A DNA stretch of 60,740 nt, counting the filler. It is 4 parts of 4 records of this genome, joined end to end, with 100 filler letters (N's around TTAATTAATTAA, not from the genome) between each part and the next. Parts side by side here need not be neighbours in the genome. Positions count along the whole stretch, not along the records: positions 1 to 17,269 come from DRR378314_2222; positions 17,370 to 43,717 come from DRR378314_2224; 2 more parts are not named here. One strand, written 5' to 3'. A model generated the notes under the pieces. It was not told where the DNA came from and made no database searches. It worked only from the letters and a program-made list of their open reading frames with translations. Position 1 is the stretch's first letter. Each line of letters begins with the position of its first letter. Positions 10,765 to 21,194 of the stretch are shown in pieces. Position numbers and translations under genes: made by a program.

Positions 10765-11070
10765 TTACCAGCTGGACTTCACGAGACCGGGGATCTGACC
10801 GTTTGAGCCAAGCTCACGCAGCGCGATCCGCGACATCTTAAGTTTGCGATAGTAACCACGCGGACGCCCGGTCACTTCACAGCGATTACGAACCCGGTTT
10901 GGTGCCGAGTTGCGCGGAAGTTCAGCCAGCTTGAGGCGAGCCTTGAAACGCTCTTCCAGCGGAAGATCCTCGTTCATGGCGACGGCCTTCAGCTCAGCAC
11001 GCTTTGCAGCGTACTTGTCTACAAGCTTCTGACGCTTCTTGTTCTTCTCGATTGCGCTCTTCTTTGCCAT
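10765..11070 (-). CDS. rpsN: 30S ribosomal protein S14 (101 aa, zinc-independent C- form)
   Basis: [10 protein letters not shown]...LPRNS...[12 protein letters not shown]...IPGLVKSSW. Start at ATG 11070. Confidence 0.97.
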   Translation of the reverse strand: MAKKSAIEKNKKRQKLVDKYAAKRAELKAVAMNEDLPLEERFKARLKLAELPRNSAPNRVRNRCEVTGRPRGYYRKLKMSRIALRELGSNGQIPGLVKSSW

Positions 11071-11089
11071 ATCAGCAGATCTCCTGGCG

Positions 11090-11644
11090 CTAGTTCCGGA
11101 ACGGGAAGCCACACTCGGCGAGGAGTGCCTTGGCTTCTTCGTTGGTTTCAGCCGTAGTACAGACAATGATGTCCATACCGCGAACATCTTCCACCTGATC
11201 GTAATTGATCTCCGGGAAAACGATGTGCTCTTTGAGGCCCATTGCGTAGTTGCCCATGCCGTCAAAGCTTTTTCCGTTCAGTCCACGGAAGTCTTTCACG
11301 CGTGGCAGCGCAATATTGGTGAGGCGATCAAGGAATTCGTACATGCGCTCACGGCGCAGCGTAACTTTCGCACCGACCAGCATGCCTTCGCGCAGCTTGA
11401 AGCCGGCGATGGATTTGCGTGCCTTGGTGGCGACAGGCTTCTGGCCCGCGATCAGCTCCAGCTCAGCCAGGGCCGACTTGATCTTCTTGGAGTCAGCAAC
11501 AGCTTCGCCGACACCCATGTTGATCACGACCTTGTCCAGCTTCGGAACCTTCATCGGGTTCGAATACTTGAACTGCTCCTGAAGTTTCGCGCGGATTTCC
11601 TCGCGGTACTTCTTCTTGAGACGGGGTTCATATGCATCAGACAT
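11090..11644 (-). CDS. rplE: 50S ribosomal protein L5
   Basis: [34 protein letters not shown]. Start at ATG 11644. Confidence 0.98.
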   Translation of the reverse strand: MSDAYEPRLKKKYREEIRAKLQEQFKYSNPMKVPKLDKVVINMGVGEAVADSKKIKSALAELELIAGQKPVATKARKSIAGFKLREGMLVGAKVTLRRERMYEFLDRLTNIALPRVKDFRGLNGKSFDGMGNYAMGLKEHIVFPEINYDQVEDVRGMDIIVCTTAETNEEAKALLAECGFPFRN

Positions 11645-11954
11645 CGATGGACTCCCCTGAGCGTTTGGCGAAGCGTGTCTTGCGACCATGCTCATCCGTT
11701 TTGAAACCAACACGCACCGGCTTGCCGTCACGCGGGTCTGCGTGGGCCACGTTGGAAACGTGGATCGGTGCTTCGAAAGACTTCAGACCGCCGGGATCCA
11801 TCTGGCTCGGCTTCTGGTGCTTCTTGACGACGTTCACACCGCGGACGACGACGCGATTGTCATCGACCAGCACCTTCAGGACTTCGCCCTTGGTACCTTT
11901 GTCGCGGCCAGCGATCACGACAACCGTGTCGCCTTTTTTGATCTTAGCAGCCAT
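11637..11954 (-). CDS. rplX: 50S ribosomal protein L24
   Basis: [17 protein letters not shown] (KOW motif) and EAPIHVSNV. Start at ATG 11954. Confidence 0.97.
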   Translation of the reverse strand: MAAKIKKGDTVVVIAGRDKGTKGEVLKVLVDDNRVVVRGVNVVKKHQKPSQMDPGGLKSFEAPIHVSNVAHADPRDGKPVRVGFKTDEHGRKTRFAKRSGESIDV

Positions 11955-11955
11955 C

Positions 11956-12324
11956 TTACAAGACCTCCGGGGCCATGTTCGCGATCTTGACCTGGTTCTT
12001 GCCGCGAAGTTCGCGCGGAACCGGACCAAACACGCGGGTACCGATCGGCTCACCATTGTTATTGATGAGTACGGCAGCGTTTGTGTCGAAACGGATGGTC
12101 GTGCCATCCGGGCGGTTGATGTCTTTTGCCACGCGAACGACGACAGCCTTGCGGACATCCCCCTTCTTCACGCGACCGGTCGGAATTGCTTCCTTCACGG
12201 ACACCACGATCACGTCACCGACGGACGCATACCGGCGTCCCGCACCACCCAGCACCTTGATGCACTGGACGCGGCGCGCGCCGGAATTGTCGGCGACGCG
12301 AAGGTTTGATTGCATCTGGATCAT
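11956..12324 (-). CDS. rplN: 50S ribosomal protein L14
   Basis: [18 protein letters not shown] and [13 protein letters not shown]. Confidence 0.98.
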   Translation of the reverse strand: MIQMQSNLRVADNSGARRVQCIKVLGGAGRRYASVGDVIVVSVKEAIPTGRVKKGDVRKAVVVRVAKDINRPDGTTIRFDTNAAVLINNNGEPIGTRVFGPVPRELRGKNQVKIANMAPEVL

Positions 12325-12566
12325 GCGTCACCTTCCCCGCCGGTCACAAGTTCCCAGCGTTTCAGTTTGGAGTGTGGAACACACTCCTGGATCGTTACGG
12401 TTTGACCCTCGACAGCGGCGTTTGCCTCATCGTGGGCGTGATACTTCTTCGAGCGGCGAACGATCTTTTTCATCACCGGGTGGGTGAAGGTCCGTTCGAC
12501 GCGGACGATTGCGGTCTTGTTCTGTTTGGCGGAGACCACGACGCCTTCCATAATACGCTTTGGCAT
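12321..12566 (-). CDS. rpsQ: 30S ribosomal protein S17
   Basis: [18 protein letters not shown] and KKYHAHDE. Confidence 0.97.
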   Translation of the reverse strand: MPKRIMEGVVVSAKQNKTAIVRVERTFTHPVMKKIVRRSKKYHAHDEANAAVEGQTVTIQECVPHSKLKRWELVTGGEGDA

Positions 12567-12576
12567 GATCGCTCTC

Positions 12577-12777
12577 CTACGCCTGACCTGCTTCGGCTTT
12601 CTCGCGAAGGATCGTCTTCACACGCGCGATGTCGCGGCGAACTTCCTTCACTCGGGCCGTTTTTTCCAGCTGGCCGGTGGCCGTCTGGAAACGCAGGTTG
12701 AACTGCTCTTTCTTCAGCTTGACGAGCTCATCCTTGAGCTGGTCGACGCTTTTCGTTCTTACATCCTGGGCTTTCAT
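12577..12777 (-). CDS. rpmC: 50S ribosomal protein L29
   Basis: [18 protein letters not shown]...[10 protein letters not shown]. Confidence 0.97.
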   Translation of the reverse strand: MKAQDVRTKSVDQLKDELVKLKKEQFNLRFQTATGQLEKTARVKEVRRDIARVKTILREKAEAGQA

Positions 12778-12779
12778 GA

Positions 12780-13196
12780 TCAGATACCCTCGATCCGCTT
12801 GACGACTTTCGTCTTGATCGGAAGCTTCGCAGCGCCGAGACGCAGGGCCTCGCGAGCGATTTCCTCAGACACGCCGTCGATTTCGAACAGGATGCGGCCA
12901 GGGGCAACGCGCGCGACCCAACGGTCGACGGAGCCTTTACCCTTACCCATCCGGACTTCAATCGGCTTGGCAGACACTGGCAGGTCCGGGAATACACGGA
13001 TCCACACTTTGCCCTGACGCTTCATGTGACGCGTGACAGCCCGGCGGGTTGCCTCGATCTGGCGAGCGGTGACCCGCTCCGGCTCAAGAGCCTTCAGGCC
13101 GAACTCGCCGAACGCCAGGGACGTGCCGCCCTTGGAGTTGCCCCGGATCTGGCCCTTGAAGGCCTTACGGAATTTGGTTCGCTTCGGTTGACGCAT
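12780..13196 (-). CDS. rplP: 50S ribosomal protein L16
   Basis: [26 protein letters not shown]. Confidence 0.98.
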   Translation of the reverse strand: MRQPKRTKFRKAFKGQIRGNSKGGTSLAFGEFGLKALEPERVTARQIEATRRAVTRHMKRQGKVWIRVFPDLPVSAKPIEVRMGKGKGSVDRWVARVAPGRILFEIDGVSEEIAREALRLGAAKLPIKTKVVKRIEGI

Positions 13197-13199
13197 CTC

Positions 13200-13937
13200 T
13201 TACGCTCCGGCGGCTTGCGCACCGGTGGCCGGTCCGCGCTGGTTTGCATTGGCACGGGCACGGGACTGGCCGGAAGATTCCTGACGCTTGTCCTGAGCCA
13301 TCGGGTCGTGCTCCATGATCTCGCCTTTGTAGACCCAGACCTTGATCCCGATGATGCCGTAGGTGGTTTCGGCTTCTGCGGTGCCGTAATCGATGTCGGC
13401 GCGCAGCGTGTGCAGCGGAACGGAGCCCTCTGCATATTTTTCGGTACGTGCGATCTCTGCACCGCCCAGACGGCCGGATACCATGATCTTCACACCGTCA
13501 GCGCCCAGACGCATTGCGGACTGGATGGCGCGCTTCATGGTACGGCGGAACGAGGCGCGGCGCTCGAGCTGGCGAGCAATGTCGTCAGCGATCAGCGTTG
13601 CGTCGATTTCCGGCTTGCGGATTTCGACCAAGTTCACGCGAACTTCGTCCTCGGTCATCTTGGACAGCACTTTGCGCAGGGCTTCGATGTCCCCGCCCTT
13701 CTTGCCGATCACGAGACCCGGACGTGCCGTGTGGATCGTGATGAGGCATTTCTTGTGCGGACGTTCGATGATGATCTTCGAGATACCGGCTTGCTTGAGG
13801 CGCTTGCGAATTTCCTTGCGGATCGCGATGTCCTCATGCAGCAGGCGGCCATAGTCAGCCGTGTCTGCGTACCAGCGGCTGTCAGACGTCCGGTTGATGC
13901 CAAGACGCAGGCCGATCGGATTTACTTTCTGACCCAT
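13200..13937 (-). CDS. rpsC: 30S ribosomal protein S3
   Basis: [47 protein letters not shown]. Confidence 0.98.
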   Translation of the reverse strand: MGQKVNPIGLRLGINRTSDSRWYADTADYGRLLHEDIAIRKEIRKRLKQAGISKIIIERPHKKCLITIHTARPGLVIGKKGGDIEALRKVLSKMTEDEVRVNLVEIRKPEIDATLIADDIARQLERRASFRRTMKRAIQSAMRLGADGVKIMVSGRLGGAEIARTEKYAEGSVPLHTLRADIDYGTAEAETTYGIIGIKVWVYKGEIMEHDPMAQDKRQESSGQSRARANANQRGPATGAQAAGA

Positions 13938-14326
13938 TATGCGGCCTCCGCTTCAACTGAGGTGTCACGCAGGATGATGGTCATCTGCGCAAATGGCTTC
14001 TGGATGCGAGCAGCGCGGCCACGTGCACGGGCACGGATGCGCTTCATCACGAGGTTCTTGCCGACATGGGCTTCCGCAACGACGAGGCTGTCGATGTCGA
14101 GGCCGTGATTGTTCTCGGCGTTCGCGATGGCGCTTTGCAGCAGCTTGCGGACATCCTGGGCAGGACGCTTCGGCGAGAACTGCAGCTGGGCCAGTGCGCG
14201 CTCGACCGGAAGGCCGCGGATCTGCTGGGCCAGCAGGTTCAGCTTCTGCGGGCTGGAACGGTACATGCGCAGAACAGCGCGGGACTCGTTGGACGCCTGC
14301 TTCGGAGGATTCTTGGCTTTAGCCAT
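13937..14326 (-). CDS. rplV: 50S ribosomal protein L22
   Basis: SPQKLNLLA...[10 protein letters not shown]...RARARGRA. Confidence 0.97.
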   Translation of the reverse strand: MAKAKNPPKQASNESRAVLRMYRSSPQKLNLLAQQIRGLPVERALAQLQFSPKRPAQDVRKLLQSAIANAENNHGLDIDSLVVAEAHVGKNLVMKRIRARARGRAARIQKPFAQMTIILRDTSVEAEAA

Positions 14327-14328
14327 GA

Positions 14329-14607
14329 CTACTTCCTCTTCGCTTTCTTGTCCGCACCGTGGCCATAGTAGGTCCGCGTCGGCGCGAACTCGCCGAACTT
14401 GTGACCGACCATTTCCTCGGAAACGGAAACCGGGATGAATTTGTTGCCATTGTGGACCTGGAAGTTCAGGCCGACAAAGTTAGGCAGGATCGTCGAACGG
14501 CGCGACCAGGTCTTGATCACGACGCGCTTTTCAGAGGCGCGCGCTTCTTCTGCTTTCTTGAGCAGATAGCCGTCTACGAACGGGCCTTTCCAGACAGAAC
14601 GTGGCAT
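14329..14607 (-). CDS. rpsS: 30S ribosomal protein S19
   Basis: [33 protein letters not shown]. Confidence 0.98.
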   Translation of the reverse strand: MPRSVWKGPFVDGYLLKKAEEARASEKRVVIKTWSRRSTILPNFVGLNFQVHNGNKFIPVSVSEEMVGHKFGEFAPTRTYYGHGADKKAKRK

Positions 14608-14622
14608 GTCTTGCGGCTCCTC

Positions 14623-15453
14623 TTAGCGTTTCGCGTTGCGGCGACGGATGATCAGGCGATCCGTTGCCTTGTTGTTACGGGTCTTGGGACCGCGTGTTTT
14701 CTTACCCCATGGCGTGACCGGGTGACGTCCACCGGACGACTTGCCCTCACCACCACCGTGCGGGTGATCGACCGGGTTCATGACAACACCCCGAACCGAT
14801 GGGCGCTTGCCTAGGTGACGCTTGCGGCCAGCCTTGGAGAGAACCTGGTTCATGTTGTCCGGGTTGGACACGGCACCGACAGTTGCCAGGCAGCTGTCCA
14901 TCACCATGCGAAGCTCGCCGGAGGTCAGCTTGATCTGGGCGTAACCACCGTCACGGCCAACCAGCTGAGCGTAGGTACCGGCAGAGCGAACCATCTGCGC
15001 GCCCTTCTGGGGCTTCAGCTCGATGTTGTGAATGATCGTACCAACCGGGATGTTCTTCAGCGGAAGCGTGTTGCCCGGCTTGATGTCAGCGGTCTTGGAC
15101 GTGATCACCGTGTCACCCACTTCAAGGCGCTGCGGCGCGATGATGTAGGAGAGCTGGCCGTCTTCGTACTTGATCAGCGCGATGAAAGCCGTGCGGTTCG
15201 GATCGTATTCCAGACGCTCGACAGTCGCCGGCACGTCCCAGCGGTTACGCTTGAAGTCGACCTTGCGGTACAGCTTCTTCGCGCCGCCACCGATGCGGCG
15301 AGCCGTGATGCGGCCCTTGTTGTTGCGTCCACCGGACTTGGTCAGACCTTCGGTCAGCGCCTTGACGGGCTTGCCCTTGTGAAGGTCGGACTTGTCCACC
15401 AGCACCAGCTGGCGGCGTCCTGGGGAAGTCGGATTGAAAGTCTTCAGTGCCAT
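14623..15453 (-). CDS. rplB: 50S ribosomal protein L2
   Basis: [40 protein letters not shown]. Confidence 0.98.
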   Translation of the reverse strand: MALKTFNPTSPGRRQLVLVDKSDLHKGKPVKALTEGLTKSGGRNNKGRITARRIGGGAKKLYRKVDFKRNRWDVPATVERLEYDPNRTAFIALIKYEDGQLSYIIAPQRLEVGDTVITSKTADIKPGNTLPLKNIPVGTIIHNIELKPQKGAQMVRSAGTYAQLVGRDGGYAQIKLTSGELRMVMDSCLATVGAVSNPDNMNQVLSKAGRKRHLGKRPSVRGVVMNPVDHPHGGGEGKSSGGRHPVTPWGKKTRGPKTRNNKATDRLIIRRRNAKR

Positions 15454-15471
15454 GTTTCTCGTCCTTCTCCC

Positions 15472-15771
15472 CTAGAGGCCCGTCGTGATGTCGACGGACT
15501 GGCCCTCGGCGAGCGTCACGATGGCTTTTTTCATGTCGTTGCGACGACCTTCATAGCCACGGAAACGCTTCGTCTTGCCCTTCTGGAGCAGGGTGTTGAC
15601 CTTGGTTACTTCGACCTTGAAGAGCGCTTCGACAGCCTCTTTGATCGCTTTCTTGTCAGCGTCGATCGCCACTTCGAAGACAATCTTGTTGTCTTCAGCC
15701 ACCAGAGTGGATTTCTCGGTGATCAGCGGGCGACGGATGACGTCGTAGTGATGTTCTTTGATGTCGGCCAT
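15472..15771 (-). CDS. rplW: 50S ribosomal protein L23
   Basis: [32 protein letters not shown]. Confidence 0.97.
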   Translation of the reverse strand: MADIKEHHYDVIRRPLITEKSTLVAEDNKIVFEVAIDADKKAIKEAVEALFKVEVTKVNTLLQKGKTKRFRGYEGRRNDMKKAIVTLAEGQSVDITTGL

Positions 15772-15773
15772 GA

Positions 15774-16415
15774 TTACTTAGCCTCCTTCGCGCCGTCGAA
15801 ACGGGCCTTGATGCCTTCGGCCGCTTCCTTGGTGATGACGAGCTTCTTGCGGCGCAGGATGTCATAGACATTCAGGCCGGCGACAGGCAGCACGTCGACG
15901 TTCGGGATGTTGCGAGCCGCCTTGGCGAAGTTTGCGTCCACGGTCGAACCGGAGATGATCAGCGCGTTCTCGATGCCGAGACCGGCGAACTGGCCAGCCA
16001 GCTCTTTCGTCTTTGGTGCGGACAGGACAGCTTCGTCCAGAACGATGATCGCATTATCCTTTGCCTTGGAAGACAGGGCGTGTGCGAGCGCCATCTTGCG
16101 GACCTTTTTAGGAAGGTCGTGAGCGTGGCTGCGGACTTTTGGTCCGTGCGCAACAGAACCACCAACAAAGATTGGCGCGTTCTTGGAGCCGTGACGTGCG
16201 CCGCCGGAACCTTTCTGGCGGATGTACTTCTTCGTCGTGACGGAGACTTCACCGCGGGTCTGGGTCTTGTGCGTGCCAGCCTGGCGCTTTGCCAGCTGCC
16301 AGCGGACCGTGCGCTGCAGGATGTCACCACGGATCTCTTCGATGCCGAAGATGGCATCATCGACCGTTATGTTTCCAGCCGCCTTGCCGGCGAGGGTTTT
16401 GACTGCGAGTTCCAT
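15774..16415 (-). CDS. rplD: 50S ribosomal protein L4
   Basis: [34 protein letters not shown]. Confidence 0.97.
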   Translation of the reverse strand: MELAVKTLAGKAAGNITVDDAIFGIEEIRGDILQRTVRWQLAKRQAGTHKTQTRGEVSVTTKKYIRQKGSGGARHGSKNAPIFVGGSVAHGPKVRSHAHDLPKKVRKMALAHALSSKAKDNAIIVLDEAVLSAPKTKELAGQFAGLGIENALIISGSTVDANFAKAARNIPNVDVLPVAGLNVYDILRRKKLVITKEAAEGIKARFDGAKEAK

Positions 16416-17194
16416 TATTCAGCACCCTCTTCAGTTGCTTCAGCCGCCGGAGCGTCTGCTGCGCCCGGAGCCTTGAAGGAGCCAGCTGCCGGAGCGTCTG
16501 CCGGAAGAGCTTTCTTCACAGCGTCGCGAACTTCGACATAGCTGCCGTCATGGCCTGGGACAGCGCCCTTGACCAGGATCAGGCCGCGATCAACGTCGGT
16601 GCGAACCACTTCAAGGTTCTGCGTGGTGACACGCTCGACGCCGTAATGACCGGCCATTTTCTTGTTCTTGAACACGCGGCCCGGATCCTGGTTCATACCA
16701 GTCGAACCGTGTGAACGGTGAGAGATGGACACACCGTGGGAAGCGCGCAGACCACCGAAGTTCCAGCGCTTCATCGCACCCGCGAAGCCCTTACCGATCG
16801 TGATGCCGGCGATGTCGACTTTCTGACCCGGAACGAAATGGTCAGCCAGGACCTCGGAGCCGACTTCCGGCAGGTCGCCGGATACGCGGAATTCCTTGAG
16901 CTTGCGCTTTGGCGCAACACCGGCTTTCGCGAACTGGCCGCGCAGCGCCTTCGTGGTGCGCTTCGCCTTCTTTTCACCAATGCCGAGAATAACAGCCCTG
17001 TAGCCGTCCGTGCGGGTGACGTCGCCACCCTTCTTGGTCTTCACGGCGCGCTCTTCTTCAGTGCGCACGCCTACAACCTGGCAGCCATCAAGCGACAGGA
17101 CGGTGACCGGCACGTGGCGGCCATTCTCGTCAAATACGCGTGTCATGCCAACCTTGCGGGCAAGCACGCCGGAACGGGGTGCTGGCAGAGCCAT
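16415..17194 (-). CDS. rplC: 50S ribosomal protein L3 (with an N-proximal insertion and Ala/Glu-rich tail)
   Basis: [47 protein letters not shown]. Confidence 0.97.
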   Translation of the reverse strand: MALPAPRSGVLARKVGMTRVFDENGRHVPVTVLSLDGCQVVGVRTEEERAVKTKKGGDVTRTDGYRAVILGIGEKKAKRTTKALRGQFAKAGVAPKRKLKEFRVSGDLPEVGSEVLADHFVPGQKVDIAGITIGKGFAGAMKRWNFGGLRASHGVSISHRSHGSTGMNQDPGRVFKNKKMAGHYGVERVTTQNLEVVRTDVDRGLILVKGAVPGHDGSYVEVRDAVKKALPADAPAAGSFKAPGAADAPAAEATEEGAE

Positions 17195-17268
17195 TAGCGG
17201 CCTCCCTCAAGTTTGATTTCGATGCCAACGCCGGACGACAGGTCGAGCTTCATCAGCGCGTCCACGGT
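17194..17268 (-). CDS. rpsJ: 30S ribosomal protein S10, C-terminal fragment (truncated by the contig end)
   Basis: Manual translation [24 protein letters not shown]. The stop overlaps the rplC start (TAATG). Confidence 0.9.
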   Translation of the reverse strand, partial: TVDALMKLDLSSGVGIEIKLEGGR

Positions 17269-17269
17269 C

Positions 17270-17369
17270 NNNNNNNNNNNNNNNNNNNNNNNNNNNNNNN
17301 NNNNNNNNNNNNNTTAATTAATTAANNNNNNNNNNNNNNNNNNNNNNNNNNNNNNNNNNNNNNNNNNNN
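17270..17369. other. Artificial contig-joining linker
   Basis: N44-TTAATTAATTAA-N44, which has stops in all six frames. Genes on each side are unrelated. Confidence 0.97.
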
Positions 17370-17585
17370 CGGTCGCGCCATCCCTGGCGCTCCACGGTTC
17401 TGAATAACCTGACCGGCCTCGCTTGTTTGGGCTCCTGTGATATCGCCGTTCGCTTCGTGTTTCTGCTGCAGACTTGTCGGTGACGGTATTCCTCCCGGCA
17501 TTCCGGCCAATGTAGCCACTCTGTTTCCTCTCCATGATCGAGTCTCGCATCCTGATACTCTCAGGCATCCTACGGAGACCGATTG

Positions 17586-18824
17586 ATGAACGCCGCTGAA
17601 CTGCTTTCCAAACCGCTGCCCTTGAAGAACGGAGTGGTGATTGCCAACCGTTTTGCCAAGTCCGCCATGAGTGAAACCCTTGGAACCATGGATAACCGCG
17701 TGACGAGCGATCTGCCGCGGCTTTATGGTACTTGGGCGGATGGCGGGGTCGGGCTGTCGATCACCGGGAATGTGATGATCGATCGTCGGCACATTGGCGA
17801 ACCGGGGAACGTGGTGCTGGAGGATGAAAGGGACCTGGAATTGTTGCAGGCGTGGGCCAGGGCTGGGTCCCGGAGCGGCTGTCAGTTGTGGATGCAGCTG
17901 AATCACCCCGGTAAGCAGAGCCCGAAGATGTTGAATAAGGCGCCCGTGTCGCCCAGTGCGGTGCCGTTCCGCAAGGAACTGCAAGCGATGTTTGCAACGC
18001 CCCGGGCGTTGGAGGTGTCGGAGATAGAGGACATTATCCAGCGCTTTGCCACCAGTGCCGCGATTGCCGAGAAGGCGGGGTTTGCGGGGGTTCAGATTCA
18101 TGGGGCCCACGGGTATCTGGTGAGTCAGTTCCTGTCGCCACACCATAATGTTCGGGACGATGAGTGGGGTGGTAGCCCCGAGAAGCGGATGCGGTTTGTG
18201 GTGGAAGTGTACAAAGCCATCCGGGCATCGACCGGCGCGCAGTTCAGTGTGGGCATCAAGCTGAATTCGGCGGATTTCCAGCGGGGTGGTTTTACCGAGG
18301 AAGAGTCGTTGGGGGTCATCGAGACCCTGGCGGACCTGGGTATTGATCTGGTGGAGATATCCGGTGGCAATTATGAGAATCCGGCGATGGCCAAAGGCGC
18401 CAAGGACAGCACCGTCGCTCGGGAAGCGTATTTCCTGGACTTTGCTGAGAAGGTTCGCAAGCGGGTGGATGTGCCGTTGATGGTAACCGGTGGCTTTCGC
18501 ACTGAGTCAGGCATGGCGGAGGCTGTGGCATCGGGTGCCACGGACCTGGTGGGCCTGGCGCGGCCGCTGGCGGTGGAGCCGGATTTCCCGAAAGGCATCA
18601 TGGCAGGGAAGGCGTTTACCAGCTCCGTGAAACCCATTCGCACTGGCATTCGCATGATTGACGATATGGCGCTGATGGAAGTGAGTTGGTACACCCGGCA
18701 ACTGGGGCGCATGGGCAAGGGTAAGGCACCGAAGAAGCACGACCGGGGTGTGTTGTCGCTGATGGAGGTGCTGGCGGTGATGACGTCGCGGGGCGTGCGA
18801 ACCCGGTTACGGGCCGGCGAGTGA
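17586..18824 (+). CDS. NADH:flavin oxidoreductase (Old Yellow Enzyme family)
   Basis: NRFAKSAMSE, QLNHPGKQ, GFAGVQIHGAHGYLVSQFLSP, EISGGNYE, VGLARPL. GGAGA RBS. Confidence 0.92.
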   Translation: MNAAELLSKPLPLKNGVVIANRFAKSAMSETLGTMDNRVTSDLPRLYGTWADGGVGLSITGNVMIDRRHIGEPGNVVLEDERDLELLQAWARAGSRSGCQLWMQLNHPGKQSPKMLNKAPVSPSAVPFRKELQAMFATPRALEVSEIEDIIQRFATSAAIAEKAGFAGVQIHGAHGYLVSQFLSPHHNVRDDEWGGSPEKRMRFVVEVYKAIRASTGAQFSVGIKLNSADFQRGGFTEEESLGVIETLADLGIDLVEISGGNYENPAMAKGAKDSTVAREAYFLDFAEKVRKRVDVPLMVTGGFRTESGMAEAVASGATDLVGLARPLAVEPDFPKGIMAGKAFTSSVKPIRTGIRMIDDMALMEVSWYTRQLGRMGKGKAPKKHDRGVLSLMEVLAVMTSRGVRTRLRAGE

Positions 18825-19751
18825 TGGTGTCCAGGTTTCCAGCTTGTGGTTGAAGATCGCACGCTGGGCTTCGGCGTCGGCGACATCTGAAAGGTAAAAG
18901 CGAACCAGGGCGCCGGGCCCGCGCTGCGCCAGTTGGCCGGCGTCCAGTGCGCTCAGGCAGCCTATCTTCGGGTAGCCGCCGATGGTCTGCCGGTCTTTCA
19001 TCAGGACGATCGGCTGGCCATCGCTGGGCACCTGAATGGCGCCATAGGCGATGCCTTCGGAGATGATGCCGTCCAGCTCGGAGTGAATGGGCTCGCCCGT
19101 TAACCGGTAGCCCATTCGATCAATCCGCTGGCTGACCTCGTAAGTGCCCGTGAAGAACGTCATACGCTCACCCGGAGAAAAGTGCGGGTATTGGTAGCTG
19201 GGAATCACACCGATGTGGAGGTCACGGTTGTAGTCCGGGATGTCTCCGGCCGACACGCTTGCCCCGGACGGCTGGCTGCACCGGTCAAATCCGATCCTGT
19301 CGCCCTTGGTCAGCTTTTGTCCACGTCCATCCAGCCCCCCGAGACCCTCTCGAACCACAGTGGCGCAGCTGCCGAGTTTGATGGCGGGCCGAAAGCCCCC
19401 GGAAACGGCAAGATAAGCTCTTAGTCCAGTCATCGGCATGCCAAATTCGATGCGGTCTCCCCGGTGGATTTGATATGTCTGCCAGGGTGCTGCCTCCGTT
19501 CCATTGATCCTCACCCCGAGGTCCGCACCGGTCAGTGCAATGCAGGTATCCTCATGGGCCAGTAGACTCAGTCTTCCGATATTAATTTCGATCTGCGCGG
19601 CTTCTGGTGGGTTATCGAGCAGGCGATTGGCCCAGCGAAAAGCGTGTTCGTCCATGGGGCCGCCGGTGGTCACGCCAATATGCTGATAGCCGTATCGGCC
19701 GGAATCCTGCAGCAATGCCAGCATGCCGCCATCCAGAACTTCAAAGCTCAT
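18807..19751 (-). CDS. pxpC: 5-oxoprolinase subunit C (KipA/allophanate hydrolase 2 family)
   Basis: QDSGRYG...GGPMD...ANRLLDN, RMGYRL, GAIQVPSDGQPIVLMKDRQTIGGYPKI. Confidence 0.9.
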   Translation of the reverse strand: MSFEVLDGGMLALLQDSGRYGYQHIGVTTGGPMDEHAFRWANRLLDNPPEAAQIEINIGRLSLLAHEDTCIALTGADLGVRINGTEAAPWQTYQIHRGDRIEFGMPMTGLRAYLAVSGGFRPAIKLGSCATVVREGLGGLDGRGQKLTKGDRIGFDRCSQPSGASVSAGDIPDYNRDLHIGVIPSYQYPHFSPGERMTFFTGTYEVSQRIDRMGYRLTGEPIHSELDGIISEGIAYGAIQVPSDGQPIVLMKDRQTIGGYPKIGCLSALDAGQLAQRGPGALVRFYLSDVADAEAQRAIFNHKLETWTPSLAGP

Positions 19752-20433
19752 CGAGGCTGCCTCCCAGGTCCAGATATTCCTGACGGTCGATCGAACGGAA
19801 CCGCACGCGATCCCCTACCGCCACCAACGCCAGGGATTCGCTGTCCCAGTCGATCATTTTCTTGGGCGTGCGGCCAATGATCTGCCATCCGCCAGGCGTG
19901 GAGCTGGGATAGATGGCCGTCTGAGATCCCGCAATGCCGACACTCCCGGTGGGCACTTTCTGCCTGGGGGTGGCTTTTCGGGGCAGGGCGATACGTGGGT
20001 CGGTAATGCCCAGGTAAGCAAACCCGGGGCTGAAACCGATAGCGTACACCCGGTAGGTTTGTTCGCTGTGGATGCGAACCACGTCATCCCGGCTCAGGCC
20101 GGAGTAGTCACAGACATCGTCCAGGTCCAGCCCGACTTCCGGGCCATAATAGACCGGTAGCTCGATCGTACTGGATGTTTCGTCTGCCTGCGCTTGATCC
20201 CCGCCCCGGGCGAGTGTCTGCCGCAGCCTGGCGGCGATGCCAAACCGATCGGTCTTCCTGGCGTCGTAACAGATCAGCACGGAGGTGTAGGACGGCACCA
20301 GGTCAATCACAACATCTGACATGCTCCGTCGAATCGCTCCAGCGGCACGCTTCACCAACCCGGCGTTGTCATCGGTGATTTGGTCACCAAAGTAGACGAT
20401 GCAGGTGCTTTCGTTGACGGCTTCGATCTTCAT
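19741..20433 (-). CDS. pxpB: 5-oxoprolinase subunit B (KipI family)
   Basis: VPSYTSVLICYD, LPVYYG, GFSPGFAYL, GSVGIAGSQTAIYPSSTPGGWQIIGRTP. Start at ATG 20433. Confidence 0.9.
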   Translation of the reverse strand: MKIEAVNESTCIVYFGDQITDDNAGLVKRAAGAIRRSMSDVVIDLVPSYTSVLICYDARKTDRFGIAARLRQTLARGGDQAQADETSSTIELPVYYGPEVGLDLDDVCDYSGLSRDDVVRIHSEQTYRVYAIGFSPGFAYLGITDPRIALPRKATPRQKVPTGSVGIAGSQTAIYPSSTPGGWQIIGRTPKKMIDWDSESLALVAVGDRVRFRSIDRQEYLDLGGSLDEL

Positions 20434-21164
20434 AGTGACTGAACAACCTGCCTCATATGTCTTGCAGCCTCTACGGCATGATCGCTGTCGCCATGAATGC
20501 ACAGCGTGTCGGCCCTGATCGGGATGCGTTTACCTGAGATCGACGTGACGGTGCCTTCGGTGATGATTTGCGTTACCTGCTTCTCTATGGCGTCCGGGGT
20601 GTTGTGAACCGCATTTTTTACAGAACGATTAACCAGCCGCCCTTCGTCGCTGTAGGCGCGGTCGGAAAAGGCCTCGAACAACACGTCGATGCCAGCGTCG
20701 GCGGCAAGTGCCAGAACCTCGTCGGCTTCTGGTGTTGCCATTACCACCAGAGGGCAGTGAGGGGCATAGCTGCGTACGGCTGACATCACGGTTTCCAGGG
20801 TTGTGCGGTCCACAGCCATTTTATTGTAGAGAGCGCCGTGGGGCTTGATGTACTCGATGGCCGTGCCATGGGTACGGCAGATGCCGTCCAGCGCGGCAAT
20901 TTGGTAGACCAGCAGGGCTTTCAGTTCCTCTGGCGCAAACGCCATGTCGCGTCGGCCGAACCCCAGTAAATCCGGGTAGCCGGGGTGTGCGCCGATGGTG
21001 ACGCCCTCTGCCACCGCCAGTCTGATCGTGTGGTCCATGGTCATTGGGTCCGAGGCGTGGAAGCCGCAGGCGATATTGGCCATATCGATGTAGGGCATAA
21101 CGTCGGCGTCCATACCCTTGGCCCAGCTTCCAAAGCTCTCGCCCATATCACAGTTGAGTTTCAT
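20430..21164 (-). CDS. pxpA: 5-oxoprolinase subunit A (LamB/YcsF family)
   Basis: LNCDMGESFG, ANIACGFHASDP, GAHPGYPD, KPHGALYN, DTLCIHGD. Confidence 0.93.
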   Translation of the reverse strand: MKLNCDMGESFGSWAKGMDADVMPYIDMANIACGFHASDPMTMDHTIRLAVAEGVTIGAHPGYPDLLGFGRRDMAFAPEELKALLVYQIAALDGICRTHGTAIEYIKPHGALYNKMAVDRTTLETVMSAVRSYAPHCPLVVMATPEADEVLALAADAGIDVLFEAFSDRAYSDEGRLVNRSVKNAVHNTPDAIEKQVTQIITEGTVTSISGKRIPIRADTLCIHGDSDHAVEAARHMRQVVQSL

Positions 21165-21194
21165 GGGAATCTCCAGAAAAGGATCGCATTTGCC

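Noticed and set aside
3919-17197. Long plus-strand ORFs opposite ribosomal genes (e.g. 3919-5118, 13026-14108, 14815-15867)
   Set aside because: Antisense shadows of highly biased, GC-rich coding sequence with no recognisable motifs.
17314-17325. TTAATTAATTAA repeated three times as a biological repeat or att site
   Set aside because: It is always centred in N runs and is a six-frame stop linker.
17322-18146. 274-aa minus-strand ORF running into the linker
   Set aside because: Antisense to the flavin oxidoreductase, with no motifs, and it ends only at the artificial stop.
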